DNA of 64,000 bases, taken from a virus. Every line of letters starts with the position of its first letter. The first letter of the stretch is position 1. The translations under genes were made by a program, and so were the position numbers. The stretch lies in IMG/VR virus record IMGVR_UViG_3300032236_001232, positions 32,001 through 96,000 of that record; one strand, written 5' to 3'. Positions 9,578-19,420 of this stretch are shown piece by piece. Under the pieces are notes generated by a model. That model did not search any database. It was not told the DNA's origin and worked only from the letters and a program-made list of their open reading frames with translations.

Positions 9578-10213
9578 TTAGCCGCCTAGTGCTAATGTGC
9601 GGATTGTGCGTCCTACATCTACACCTAGTCCAGTGCGATCTCCACCTGGACGATTTAGTTGGATAGCATTATCGTAGGTGATGGTTAGTGAAATATCCAT
9701 TGGATCGTTACTACCATAATCCCCACCTTGATATTGAGCCTGTTTAATAAAGCATCCTAAGAATTCAAAACTTTCTAAACTAGTTGGTTCGTAAGCACCG
9801 TTACCACCGTCAGTAATTTCAACACGCATTCTAAACTTGTAATCAACACCGGATGCTGCGCCACTTTGCTCATAGAAATCAAACTGTTTCTGTAGTTGCT
9901 CGCCGACTTTTCTAGTAACTGCTCCAGTGACATCGTCACGTAGAACCACTTTGGTATCCGCAAAACTATGACGACCTGCTAGCTTAACAGTGCTGTTATA
10001 AACTTTGAGAGAAATTTGCTCAAAGCTCACATCAGGTCTTCCTGCGTTCATAACCTGTTTTGTCATTTCTGTGCTGGGTGCGCCGGCAACTCCGAAGTTA
10101 TCGAACGTAACACGAAAACGATATTTCAGTTTCGGCATCAACAAACCTTGAGTATTGCTACTCTGGTTTGTCGATAAAGGCACTGTAAATCTATTTAAAC
10201 TTGCGATTGGCAT
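9578..10213 (-). CDS. Tail tube protein (T4 gp19-like)
   Basis: YRFRV.F...RP.V...KLAGR...LRDD...GCF...ISLTITYDNA; directly downstream of the sheath gene; strong AAGGAG Shine-Dalgarno. Confidence 0.85.
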   Translation of the reverse strand: MPIASLNRFTVPLSTNQSSNTQGLLMPKLKYRFRVTFDNFGVAGAPSTEMTKQVMNAGRPDVSFEQISLKVYNSTVKLAGRHSFADTKVVLRDDVTGAVTRKVGEQLQKQFDFYEQSGAASGVDYKFRMRVEITDGGNGAYEPTSLESFEFLGCFIKQAQYQGGDYGSNDPMDISLTITYDNAIQLNRPGGDRTGLGVDVGRTIRTLALGG

Positions 10214-10245
10214 CTGGATGCTCCTTTATTCTTATTATTTACCTA

Positions 10246-13230
10246 TTATTTCCCGGCAGCAATTTCACCAGTATTCTTAATTCTCAATGGAATGTAGATG
10301 AATTCCACAGCTTTAACTGGTTCAATAGCAATATCCATATACAACTCACTGCGGTCAATTCTCGCAGGAGTATTGTTTGAAGTGTCACAAACAACAATAA
10401 AGTCATATAGAGCACGTTGACCTACTAGCTCGATCAATAGACTTTCAGCAGCAGCTTTAATTTCTCTACGTGTCTGAGCATCGTTTGGTTCAAACAAGAA
10501 TGGCTTAGCTAATATAGACAACTGTCTTCTCAAGTAAGCTACCAATCTAACCACATTGATACGATCTAGCGCACTGGCTACACTGGCACGGGTCTGTTGA
10601 CCAAAGTTAACTAGTCCAACGCCAGGTAATGTAGCGATAGGATTAATAGCAATCTTGTCAGTTGGGTTTTGTAACACATCTCTCAATGCTTGATATATTG
10701 CCGCTGTTTTAAACTCGCCTTCACCTGTAATGTATCCTACGGATGTAGCATTGTCGACGCCGCCCCGGCGTGTCCCTGCTGGTGCAAACCATGGATAACT
10801 CTTAGCATCACTATTGGTAATAGTGCGTAGCATCATATGACTTGCTGGCACAACAATATTCTTGCCTGTATTATCTGTGGTATAACCACTAGGATAGAAT
10901 ACACCTAAATATTCATTATGTGTAACTAACCCGTCCTCGCCATTGTCATACGCATTAGCAGTATTTTTACCCCATGCTGCTAGATCAGTGGCATTGGGTG
11001 CCAATCTAAATGGTGTATCACCGACTACAAATGCTGTTTGACCGATATCTGTGTTAAACGCAACCATGTTAGCAATGGCCTCTGGATATCCAGGCGTAGC
11101 AATCAAGTTGAAGGTCAATGTATCTGTATCTCTAATTGCGGTGTTAGCATCAATGAAAGACTTTAAGCCGTCAACTACAAATTTTCTCTGTGCTAGACGA
11201 CCAAATACTCCACTGCCATCCTCATTGGTGCCACTAACACAGGTCCAACGATTTGGATTGTATCCGGACATGCTGTCATTATTGTGTCTAATATTATTAG
11301 CTGTTGTATCTATCGCACCTCTCATGTATTCTTTTACATTATATCCCGAGCGGCGTAGATTCCATAGTCTGATACCTTTTGGATATAACGCAGGATCTGG
11401 ACAATCTGGATCAACATAATTGCTGGACAATAGATTTACGATAGTTGCCGGATCTTCATCGGCACCTGCTGTGCTCCACCGAGCATTGGCAAACACCCAC
11501 CCGTCTGGACTGGTTTGATCTGTAGTATCCTGTAGATTCCACATCTTCGAATCGGCATCATAAACATATACATCTTTACCATATCTATCTGTGTCGGCTG
11601 TGCTAACCCAAATGTCATTAGTAACAAGAGCATTTCCGTTACTTTGTGTTGTTGGTTCGATAGCAGACACAATAGGACCAGCTGGATCAGTGGTAGGATA
11701 AGCATTTAAGTACCCAGACCAATTGGTTCCAGTATGGACCATAATATCAACTTCGCCTAAGTTAACATCGTACCAAAGTTTTCCATCTGCTGGATCAGTA
11801 TATGGAGCGGTAGTCTTGGCCTGATAGCCCAATGGCTTCCAATTAGAAGCTAGGAAATCAAATGCGCTATCCGGTGAAGCATATACATTGGTTATTGTGC
11901 TGGTGTTAATACTAGAATTGGCTAATGGTGTTCCGGCGCCATCTTTATATTCAAAATCACCACCTAGTAAGTGACTGATTGTTAATTTATTGGTAGTATC
12001 ATTATAGGAAGCAGAGATGTTAGTCAATGTTGAAGCAATAATAGCTGTTGCAGCATTTTTAGCAACGCTGTTCTTTGCCCCAGTTGTCCACGGAGCAACC
12101 GTAATCTCTACAGTAGGTCCCCAGCTTGTGCCACTGGCTAATGTTTCTCTAATCGTGAATTTTTGTGTAGCCGCACTGCTGGTTGTAGTTACTGCAGGAC
12201 TGGTTACAACAGTAGCACCGGATCCGTTGCGTTTCCATAATTTAAAGTTGGCAACAGGGTTAGTTGCGTGATCGTAGTTGGACTCGATAAACAGTGTGCC
12301 TACTGCTATGTTTTTACCACCACCAGTAAAGTCTAATTTTTGTAGGGCTTGTTGTGTGCTGGAATAGATAGCGGTAGATACTGTGCTCCAAGTTTGAGTT
12401 GAACCACTGTAATATTTTACACTCCAATTTGCTCCATTGCCAGGCGTGGTTGTTTTGACCCAAACACTACCTGTATGTGTAGCAGTAGAAGTGAAATCAG
12501 GATAGTCAGTGTGTGGACTGATTTTTAATGTTTTGTTAGTAAGGGTATTAGAAACATTTAACCAGGCAGTGCCGCCTACTACTTGCCAAGAAGAAGTGGA
12601 TCTATACCATAATGTATTTTCATTATCGGCTGTTACGACCATGGCATAATCACCAATCGCTTCATTGAGTCTTCCTTCAACCGGAGTCATGCCATCACTA
12701 GTTACAGTATCAACATTGGTATCATCAATGATTCGCGGAGTCTTGGCAACAAAGTCTCCCTTTCCACTCTTTAGTGTAGGATCCCATTCAAATACACCAT
12801 ATAGGCTATTTTCACTGTCAACCCAATATGTGCGATCAGCAGGGCTGCCTGTTGGAATACTAGTTGCTGGTTTTAGTTGTCCTAAATCAACATCGGCACG
12901 AGCAATGTAAGCACGTGAACTTACACCTAATAAACTATATGCCGCCTGCAAACCGTATTCGTTTAATTCGTTGCCGTGGATTGGATTCCCGGCAGTATCG
13001 GTATAAAACCTTGGAGTTCCAAATGTGTCTACCAAATCACGCTGACTTGTGATAACATATATCTTACCACTGTTTGCTGCTGTGGTACCCTGTGCAACTC
13101 CACCGCTTGGGGTAGTTTTATCTTGTGCTGTAGCAACGAATAAAATAGGAACGGTTCCCGGAGCAGCCGGAGTATAAAAACTCTCGTCGATTACTGTTAC
13201 GAGCGTGCCTGGTGATTGTAATGTAGCCAT
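10246..13230 (-). CDS. Contractile tail sheath protein (T4 gp18-like) with large inserted domains
   Basis: N-terminal LQSPG..V.VIDES; C-terminal WFAPAGTRRG, INPI, RINVVRL, FEPND, VVCDTSNNTPARID, PVKAVEFIYI. Confidence 0.95.
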   Translation of the reverse strand: MATLQSPGTLVTVIDESFYTPAAPGTVPILFVATAQDKTTPSGGVAQGTTAANSGKIYVITSQRDLVDTFGTPRFYTDTAGNPIHGNELNEYGLQAAYSLLGVSSRAYIARADVDLGQLKPATSIPTGSPADRTYWVDSENSLYGVFEWDPTLKSGKGDFVAKTPRIIDDTNVDTVTSDGMTPVEGRLNEAIGDYAMVVTADNENTLWYRSTSSWQVVGGTAWLNVSNTLTNKTLKISPHTDYPDFTSTATHTGSVWVKTTTPGNGANWSVKYYSGSTQTWSTVSTAIYSSTQQALQKLDFTGGGKNIAVGTLFIESNYDHATNPVANFKLWKRNGSGATVVTSPAVTTTSSAATQKFTIRETLASGTSWGPTVEITVAPWTTGAKNSVAKNAATAIIASTLTNISASYNDTTNKLTISHLLGGDFEYKDGAGTPLANSSINTSTITNVYASPDSAFDFLASNWKPLGYQAKTTAPYTDPADGKLWYDVNLGEVDIMVHTGTNWSGYLNAYPTTDPAGPIVSAIEPTTQSNGNALVTNDIWVSTADTDRYGKDVYVYDADSKMWNLQDTTDQTSPDGWVFANARWSTAGADEDPATIVNLLSSNYVDPDCPDPALYPKGIRLWNLRRSGYNVKEYMRGAIDTTANNIRHNNDSMSGYNPNRWTCVSGTNEDGSGVFGRLAQRKFVVDGLKSFIDANTAIRDTDTLTFNLIATPGYPEAIANMVAFNTDIGQTAFVVGDTPFRLAPNATDLAAWGKNTANAYDNGEDGLVTHNEYLGVFYPSGYTTDNTGKNIVVPASHMMLRTITNSDAKSYPWFAPAGTRRGGVDNATSVGYITGEGEFKTAAIYQALRDVLQNPTDKIAINPIATLPGVGLVNFGQQTRASVASALDRINVVRLVAYLRRQLSILAKPFLFEPNDAQTRREIKAAAESLLIELVGQRALYDFIVVCDTSNNTPARIDRSELYMDIAIEPVKAVEFIYIPLRIKNTGEIAAGK

Positions 13231-13331
13231 TTGTATGATCTCCTGATGGATTTACTTTATATTATTTAGCTACTAGATTAAAAAATCTCCAGGTTAAATA
13301 CACACGAAAAGGGCACAAAAAGGGCAGTCGT

Positions 13332-13667
13332 ATGCGTAAATTATGTAAGAAATGTCAGTCACGCCCGGTAGCTATTAACTATCGTAAAGAAGGGCGTGTC
13401 TTTTATAGAAGTCAATGCGACCACTGCGCTCGCGGTTTAGAAAAATCTAAACCACTGTGGGTGTTGTCAGGATATAAGAAAAAAGATCAGTGCGATCGAT
13501 GCGGGTTTAAGAGTCGCCATCCAGAAGTGTTTAATGTCTTTTATGTTGACGGCGACTTAACCAATAATAGAATTACTAATCTTAAAACAGTCTGTGCTAA
13601 CTGCCAGCGAACACTTCATCAAGACGGGGTGCGTTGGCGTCAGGGAGATTTGACTCCCGATTTTTAA
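13332..13667 (+). CDS. Zn-finger/HNH-like protein
   Basis: Four CxxC pairs; VFYVDGDLTNNRITNLKTVCANC resembles an HNH motif but lacks the catalytic His. Confidence 0.7.
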   Translation: MRKLCKKCQSRPVAINYRKEGRVFYRSQCDHCARGLEKSKPLWVLSGYKKKDQCDRCGFKSRHPEVFNVFYVDGDLTNNRITNLKTVCANCQRTLHQDGVRWRQGDLTPDF

Positions 13668-14292
13668 CTACAGATTCTAAAGCCGCAAATAGATCCGAAA
13701 TAGATCCATTGTTGTCAATTTCAAGGTCGATGGGTTGACCAATCCAGGAAGTTTCGCTAGCATGGATTCCTAGATCCTCTAAACATTTACGACCTATAGC
13801 CCACCCTATATTTCCATTTGGACCTTTATTGTAGCTTTCAGCATGATGATACCATTCGGGTTCTGGGCCGCGTTTAATCCTAATTACTTTTCCACCAGCA
13901 TTTTTAATTGCTGTAATTTCATTAGGAAAACGAACATCACTGATAACAATATTATCACGTGTTTTGCGCATTTTATTTTCTAAACTGGCAATCCAAATTT
14001 CGTCGTGGAATGCACCACGTAGAACTTCTGTGCCCCAATATTGTAGAATCCATCTAGGAGTAAGATTGGCAATTCCTAATCGCAATGACCACCAAGTATC
14101 GACCTGTTCTCGCCACTCTCTGGCTTCCTTGGTACGACCTTCTAGCAGTGTTCTATCCCATCCAAATACTGCTGCTACAGCATCTTTCAATGTGCTGGCA
14201 AAACTGTCTCGCCTAAATTGATGATAATTTACAAGGTAGTCTGCTGCTGTGTCCTTGCCTGCTGAGATAAATCCTACAAACCCGATGATCAT
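13597..14292 (-). CDS. Deoxynucleoside monophosphate kinase (T4 gp1-like)
   Basis: MIIGFVGFISAGKDT P-loop; SFA..LKD; TPRWILQYWGTE; ISDVRFPNE; HASE. Confidence 0.9.
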   Translation of the reverse strand: MIIGFVGFISAGKDTAADYLVNYHQFRRDSFASTLKDAVAAVFGWDRTLLEGRTKEAREWREQVDTWWSLRLGIANLTPRWILQYWGTEVLRGAFHDEIWIASLENKMRKTRDNIVISDVRFPNEITAIKNAGGKVIRIKRGPEPEWYHHAESYNKGPNGNIGWAIGRKCLEDLGIHASETSWIGQPIDLEIDNNGSISDLFAALESVVKNRESNLPDANAPRLDEVFAGS

Positions 14293-14351
14293 ATGCTCTC
14301 CCACTAGATAGTAATATTATATTACAGTCTAATTAAAAAATCAATCTCAGT

Positions 14352-15110
14352 TTAGCCAATTACAAATGTAAGAGGTGTTCCACCATCTTTGTAGTTGATT
14401 AGGTCTTGTTCCAATACTTCGAGTTCAGCCTTGCCTTCGCCTTTGAGAGCAGCACCATTTAACTGTGTGGCACCTTGCGGACTAGCAATACTGCCAAATT
14501 TTTCACGTGCTTCGCCTAACATGAGTTTACAAGTGGCCAAACTGTAGTCATATAACCACTGCCTTGCTTGTGGATCTTGTAGTAAATTAAAGTCTGGTCG
14601 ATAGTTATACATCCAAACTAACAATTCTTCCTCATTACGAGGACGCTGCATTAGTGTTAGCAATTTAGTAGTTTGGTTAAATGTAAAATTAATATCACTA
14701 CCAAACATTTTACCTACTTGTTTTTGATAGCTAGCGAATGCGTAATAGGTAGCCAACCCGCCCATATGAGTAGATGTTAACAAATATGTATTACTATAGG
14801 CCAGGTTGAATGGTTCAAACAAACTACCGCCATCGCCACCGCCTGTGCGACTACCAATACTGCGACGAAATAACTGTCGAATACCCATTACTTCTTTGGG
14901 CATGACATAATCGTTAGTGTCGGTTATGGTAGTAATAAATCCAAAACTTTCTTCAACACTGTTGCTGCTGCGCTGACGAAATTTTGTCAGTGCGCGATCT
15001 ATGGCAATATTGTAATCTTTGGGTTCTAATTCAACATCAACCATGCTGCCGCCCAGCATACTTTGAATATATTCTATGACTTGTTGTCTTTCGTTTAAGG
15101 AGTCGCTCAT
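14352..15110 (-). CDS. Neck protein (T4 gp13-like head-tail adaptor)
   Basis: Probable start MSDSLNE at 15110; LGG.MVDVEL, AIDRAL, W..DYSLA..K..LGEAREKF..I..P.G...LNG. Confidence 0.8.
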   Translation of the reverse strand: MSDSLNERQQVIEYIQSMLGGSMVDVELEPKDYNIAIDRALTKFRQRSSNSVEESFGFITTITDTNDYVMPKEVMGIRQLFRRSIGSRTGGGDGGSLFEPFNLAYSNTYLLTSTHMGGLATYYAFASYQKQVGKMFGSDINFTFNQTTKLLTLMQRPRNEEELLVWMYNYRPDFNLLQDPQARQWLYDYSLATCKLMLGEAREKFGSIASPQGATQLNGAALKGEGKAELEVLEQDLINYKDGGTPLTFVIG

Positions 15111-15115
15111 ATGAA

Positions 15116-15133
15116 TATTTATACTAATAAATA
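15116..15133. promoter_or_regulatory. Back-to-back TAAATA late-promoter motifs driving the divergent gp13 and HNH-gp14-gp15 transcripts
   Basis: TATTTA-TACTAA-TAAATA between the divergent ATGs at 15110 (-) and 15141 (+); resembles the T4 late promoter TATAAATA. Confidence 0.7.
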
Positions 15134-15140
15134 CAACACT

Positions 15141-15872
15141 ATGCCAGAAACCTTTGCTTTCCTCCAAAACAAATATACCAGGTGGTATTTTAATATTATT
15201 TCCAATGCTCAAAATAGAGATATTGTTGGCTATATTGAAAAACATCATATTATTCCTAAAAGTTTAGGTGGAAGTAATCACAAAGACAATTTAGTTAAAT
15301 TAACCGCACGAGAGCATTTTATATGTCACTGGTTACTTACTAAGATGGTAATTGAAACAAAACATCGATATCAAATGTGGAATGCATTTAGTTGTATGTT
15401 ATATCGAACCAGATCCGATCAAACTCGATATAAAGTAACTGGACAAATATTTGAGAATATCAAAAAAGAGGGTGCTAAAATCAAAAGTATTAAATTCAGT
15501 GGAGAAAATAACCCAATGTATGGAAAAACTCATTCTAATGAAGCAAGGGTTAAAATGGGTATTTCTCATCTGGGTCAAAAACGATCTAAAGAAACCTGTA
15601 AAAATATAAGTCTATCTAGGTTAGGAAAATCTAAAACAGAATCCCACAAAAATTCTTTAAAAAAATCTTGGTCTGAAAATAGAGAATCTCGATCTGGAAA
15701 AAATCATCCAGGATATGGTAAACCGTTAGACGACAGCATTAAAGAAAAAATAAGGCAATCAGTTTTAAATAAACCATTACATACCTGCGAACATTGTGGG
15801 AAAACTACAACTAAGGGTAATTATCGAAGATGGCACAGTGATAATTGTAAAGTTATTTTAGGAGTAATCTAA
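15141..15872 (+). CDS. HNH homing endonuclease with NUMOD3 repeats
   Basis: YIEKHHIIPKSLGGSN.KDNLVKLTAREHFICHWLL; GENNPMYGKTHS; C-terminal CEHCGK...RWH.DNCK. Probable start is the ATG at 15141. Confidence 0.9.
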   Translation: MPETFAFLQNKYTRWYFNIISNAQNRDIVGYIEKHHIIPKSLGGSNHKDNLVKLTAREHFICHWLLTKMVIETKHRYQMWNAFSCMLYRTRSDQTRYKVTGQIFENIKKEGAKIKSIKFSGENNPMYGKTHSNEARVKMGISHLGQKRSKETCKNISLSRLGKSKTESHKNSLKKSWSENRESRSGKNHPGYGKPLDDSIKEKIRQSVLNKPLHTCEHCGKTTTKGNYRRWHSDNCKVILGVI

Positions 15873-17077
15873 TGCCTCGCCTGTCAATGTTCCGCCCAGA
15901 GAAAGGAAAAGATTTTCGTTTCTTAGATCGCATTATCAATGAAGAATTTCAAGTAGGTGGAACAGATGTCTACCTACACAAATATATCGGACCTGTTGAT
16001 CCATTAGAAGGAGCCAGCACTCCAGGAACTCCCGTGAATACCAATCCTATTCCAGAATTAGGAATCCAGGATGTGATTTTTATGGAGAATAGAGATAGAC
16101 ATTATGATCCCGATGTCTATGTTATGCGCTGTATCTACACTATGCAGGACTTGGATTTTAATTTAAGCCAGTTTGGATTGTTTCTACAGAATGATACCAT
16201 TATGATTCATTTTCATTTGCGTAATACAGTAGATACAATTCAACGAAAAGTCATGCCAGGCGATGTAATAGAACTACCGCACCTCAAAGATGAATATGCA
16301 CTGGACAATAACTTAGTGGCACTAAAACGATTTTATGTTATACAGGATGTTAGTCGTCCTGCTGTGGGATTTAGTCAAACATGGTATCCACATTTGCTTC
16401 GTGCTAAATGTGTGCCTATGGTGGACAGTCAAGAGTTTAAAGAAATTCTTGATAGCGATGCTGGAGCAGGAAATGGCAGCACTTTACGAGATCTTCTCAG
16501 CACATATCAACGCAGCATAGAAACTAATGATCAAATCATAGCAGAGGCAGAAAAGGATGCGCCTAGCAGTGGATATAATACACAGAATTTGTATGTCATT
16601 CCTACTAGAGAATCAGGATTAGTCAATGTGGCCGATGCCAGTATAGACTATGCAGATGCTAGCGCAGAGTTATCAGTATTAGATGCCAGTGTGGTATTAC
16701 AAACTCCAAATAAAAATTATTATTTGAATTATCTCAGTGATGATGGTATTCCTCCAAATGGAGCAGCATATGGATTCGGCATATCATTTCCCTCCAACCC
16801 TATTACAGGACAATTTTTCCTTAGATCGGACTATTTGCCAAATAGACTATATAGGTATGATGGCAGACATTGGATTAAATTTGAAGATAATGTGCGAATG
16901 ACTCTAAATAATCTAGGCAACGAAGATACTGCTAGTGGAACATTTGCTGGTAAACAAGTTAGACAAACACAAAAAACTGGATTTATTAATAATGCCAACA
17001 CTGCTACCATTAACGGTGAGGTTGTAGTAGAACGCCAGGCACTCAGTAAGGCATTAAAACCCAAGGCGGACAATTAA
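15872..17077 (+). CDS. Neck/head-closure protein (T4 gp14-like)
   Basis: DVIFMENRDR.Y, LSQFGLFL..D, GDVIELPH; lies between the gp13-like and gp15-like genes. Confidence 0.7.
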   Translation: MPRLSMFRPEKGKDFRFLDRIINEEFQVGGTDVYLHKYIGPVDPLEGASTPGTPVNTNPIPELGIQDVIFMENRDRHYDPDVYVMRCIYTMQDLDFNLSQFGLFLQNDTIMIHFHLRNTVDTIQRKVMPGDVIELPHLKDEYALDNNLVALKRFYVIQDVSRPAVGFSQTWYPHLLRAKCVPMVDSQEFKEILDSDAGAGNGSTLRDLLSTYQRSIETNDQIIAEAEKDAPSSGYNTQNLYVIPTRESGLVNVADASIDYADASAELSVLDASVVLQTPNKNYYLNYLSDDGIPPNGAAYGFGISFPSNPITGQFFLRSDYLPNRLYRYDGRHWIKFEDNVRMTLNNLGNEDTASGTFAGKQVRQTQKTGFINNANTATINGEVVVERQALSKALKPKADN

Positions 17078-17078
17078 T

Positions 17079-17588
17079 ATGTATATCTATAAATTTACTC
17101 ACATAGAAACAGGAAGATCTTATGTAGGACAAACTATTCAAGATCCTAATCGGCGTAGGCTTGAACATATTTGTGATAGTAGACATACTCCACGAACATA
17201 TCACTTTCACAATGCATTGAAAAAATATGGAATAGGTGCATTCAGTTTTGAAGTTATTGCAAAAGCATCATCGTTGGATGAGTTAAATGTCTTGGAAGAA
17301 AAATTCATTGTAGAGTTTGATAGTATTGCTAATGGATTTAATATTAGAAATGGTGGAGGAAATAAGACACATCATCCTGACAGTATTAAGCGAATGAGCG
17401 AGGCACAAAAAGCTGTTAGGGCTGAAAGAAAAATTAATGGCACCGATAGTGGTTGGAAAAGAAAAGATGGCGGACCGATGAAGGGTAAAGCTCATCCAAA
17501 TAAAGGCGGAACAAGTTCGTTAAAAGGAAAAACTTTAAAAATGATTGACGGTAAGAAAAGATGGGTAGAACGGGAGGCGTCGGTTTAA
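17079..17588 (+). CDS. GIY-YIG homing endonuclease
   Basis: MYIYKFT...GRSYVGQT...R..EH...FHNALKKYG...F.FEVI...E..FI...GFN. Confidence 0.9.
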   Translation: MYIYKFTHIETGRSYVGQTIQDPNRRRLEHICDSRHTPRTYHFHNALKKYGIGAFSFEVIAKASSLDELNVLEEKFIVEFDSIANGFNIRNGGGNKTHHPDSIKRMSEAQKAVRAERKINGTDSGWKRKDGGPMKGKAHPNKGGTSSLKGKTLKMIDGKKRWVEREASV

Positions 17589-17603
17589 TACCGATGAATT
17601 AAG

Positions 17604-18998
17604 ATGGACCACTACTATGATGGACAGGTAAGACGATATCTATCTCAGTTCATGCGTATCATGAGCAACTTCAGTGTGAAGGATGCTAAAGGTCAACTAA
17701 CTCGTGTTCCTGTAAGATACGGAGATATGAGCCGTCAGGTATCTCAAATACTAAAGAAAAACAGTGAGAATACCGTTCCTAGTGCGCCTTTTATTGCTTG
17801 TTATATTAAAGATTTACAATATGATCGTGCTAGAATGCAGGAACCGACATTTGTCAGCACAGTTAATATCAGAGAACGTGCCCTAGATGCCGCTGGTAAT
17901 CAATACCTAAACACCCAAGGGAGCAATTATACTGTAGAGCGTATGATGCCAGTTCCTTATCTGGCTGACTTTGCTGCAGATATTTGGACAACCAATACTG
18001 ATCAAAAACTACAATTATGGGAACAGATCTCTGTGCTGTTTAATCCCAGTTTAGAATTACAGACCACCGATAACTATATTGATTGGACCAGTATTAGTGT
18101 TCTTACTCTTAAAAGTCAAACATGGACCAGTCGAGCTGTGCCACAAGGGTTAGAACAAGATATTGAAATATTAAACATGGTATTTGATACACATGTTTGG
18201 ATCACACCGCCTGTTAAAGTTAAGAAGTTAGGGATTATCACTAAAATTATTACCACAGCGTTTAGCACAGAACAAGGGGTTATTAGCAGTGATTATAGCA
18301 ATGCCGATGCTGTATTAGGATCGTTAGGTGATACACTGCTTAATGTTGTTGTAACACCAGGAGATTTTGATTTACTAGTGATGAATAATGTAGCCACACT
18401 GATATCACAAAATGGTCAAAATGATTTCTTAGACATCACTGCTCCAGCTTATCAAAATTCTTGGCGTAGTGTATTGGATCTATATCCTGGGTCCTTTAAG
18501 GCCGGTATCAGTCAAATAAGATTAAAGAAAGATGATGGCACAGAAATTGTTGCTTATATCAGTTTAGATCCTACCGATGAAAGGCGTATGGTATTAAATA
18601 TCGACAGCGATACTATTCCTACTAATACTATTATCAGCGGAAGAGGCACAGTAGATGCTATTATTAATCCAGAAACATTCAATCCTAGCGGAAGAGTAAC
18701 CGGAACACGGTATTTGATTCTCGAAGATCTCAATATCAATAATCAATATTCAGATGTAGGCTATGATGGCCCAGATGCTTGGAAGAATTCAGACAACTCT
18801 GATCCACAGGCGCATGGCAATGATATTATAGAGTGGGATGGTAGTCAATGGAACATCGTGTTCGATTCTACTACAGTCACCGATGTAGTTTATATAACTA
18901 ATTCTTATACAGGGGTTCAATATAAATGGAGTCAAGGGTCGTGGAGCAAGAGTTTCGAGGGAGTATACGACAAGGCTCTATGGCGTCTAGTGCTATAA
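17604..18998 (+). CDS. Tail terminator/sheath stabiliser (T4 gp15-like) with a C-terminal extension
   Basis: YYDGQVRRY..QF...SNF; VPVRYG; PVPY; QLWEQI.VLFNP. Confidence 0.8.
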   Translation: MDHYYDGQVRRYLSQFMRIMSNFSVKDAKGQLTRVPVRYGDMSRQVSQILKKNSENTVPSAPFIACYIKDLQYDRARMQEPTFVSTVNIRERALDAAGNQYLNTQGSNYTVERMMPVPYLADFAADIWTTNTDQKLQLWEQISVLFNPSLELQTTDNYIDWTSISVLTLKSQTWTSRAVPQGLEQDIEILNMVFDTHVWITPPVKVKKLGIITKIITTAFSTEQGVISSDYSNADAVLGSLGDTLLNVVVTPGDFDLLVMNNVATLISQNGQNDFLDITAPAYQNSWRSVLDLYPGSFKAGISQIRLKKDDGTEIVAYISLDPTDERRMVLNIDSDTIPTNTIISGRGTVDAIINPETFNPSGRVTGTRYLILEDLNINNQYSDVGYDGPDAWKNSDNSDPQAHGNDIIEWDGSQWNIVFDSTTVTDVVYITNSYTGVQYKWSQGSWSKSFEGVYDKALWRLVL

Positions 18999-19420
18999 AT
19001 CGTATTGTCTGCAGTGGAGGATTATTCCTCTCTAAAGACACTCGAAGGTTTTTATTGTTGTTACGTAGCTCGGGTAAAACAGCCGGAACATGGGGATTTG
19101 TTGGTGGTAAAAAAGAACCTGCTGATAGCACACCAATTGATACTCTAATAAGAGAGTCCCAAGAGGAAGTAGGTCGCACTCCTACAATAAAAAAGATTGT
19201 TCCTTTAGAATTGTTTACCAGTAATGATCAACACTTTCAATACAGCACCTATGTATTACTAGTCGATCGTGAATTTATTCCTATACTAAACAACGAACAC
19301 GAAGGGTATGCTTGGTGTAATTATAACTCATGGCCCAAGCCATTACACCAAGGTGTTAAGAATAGTTTTAATAATAAAACAATACGAGCTAAGTTAGAAG
19401 TGTTGCTAGACTTAATCTAA
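18980..19420 (+). CDS. Nudix hydrolase
   Basis: Nudix box GGKKEPADSTPIDTLIRESQEEVG; probable start MASSAIN at 18980. Confidence 0.88.
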   Translation: MASSAINRIVCSGGLFLSKDTRRFLLLLRSSGKTAGTWGFVGGKKEPADSTPIDTLIRESQEEVGRTPTIKKIVPLELFTSNDQHFQYSTYVLLVDREFIPILNNEHEGYAWCNYNSWPKPLHQGVKNSFNNKTIRAKLEVLLDLI

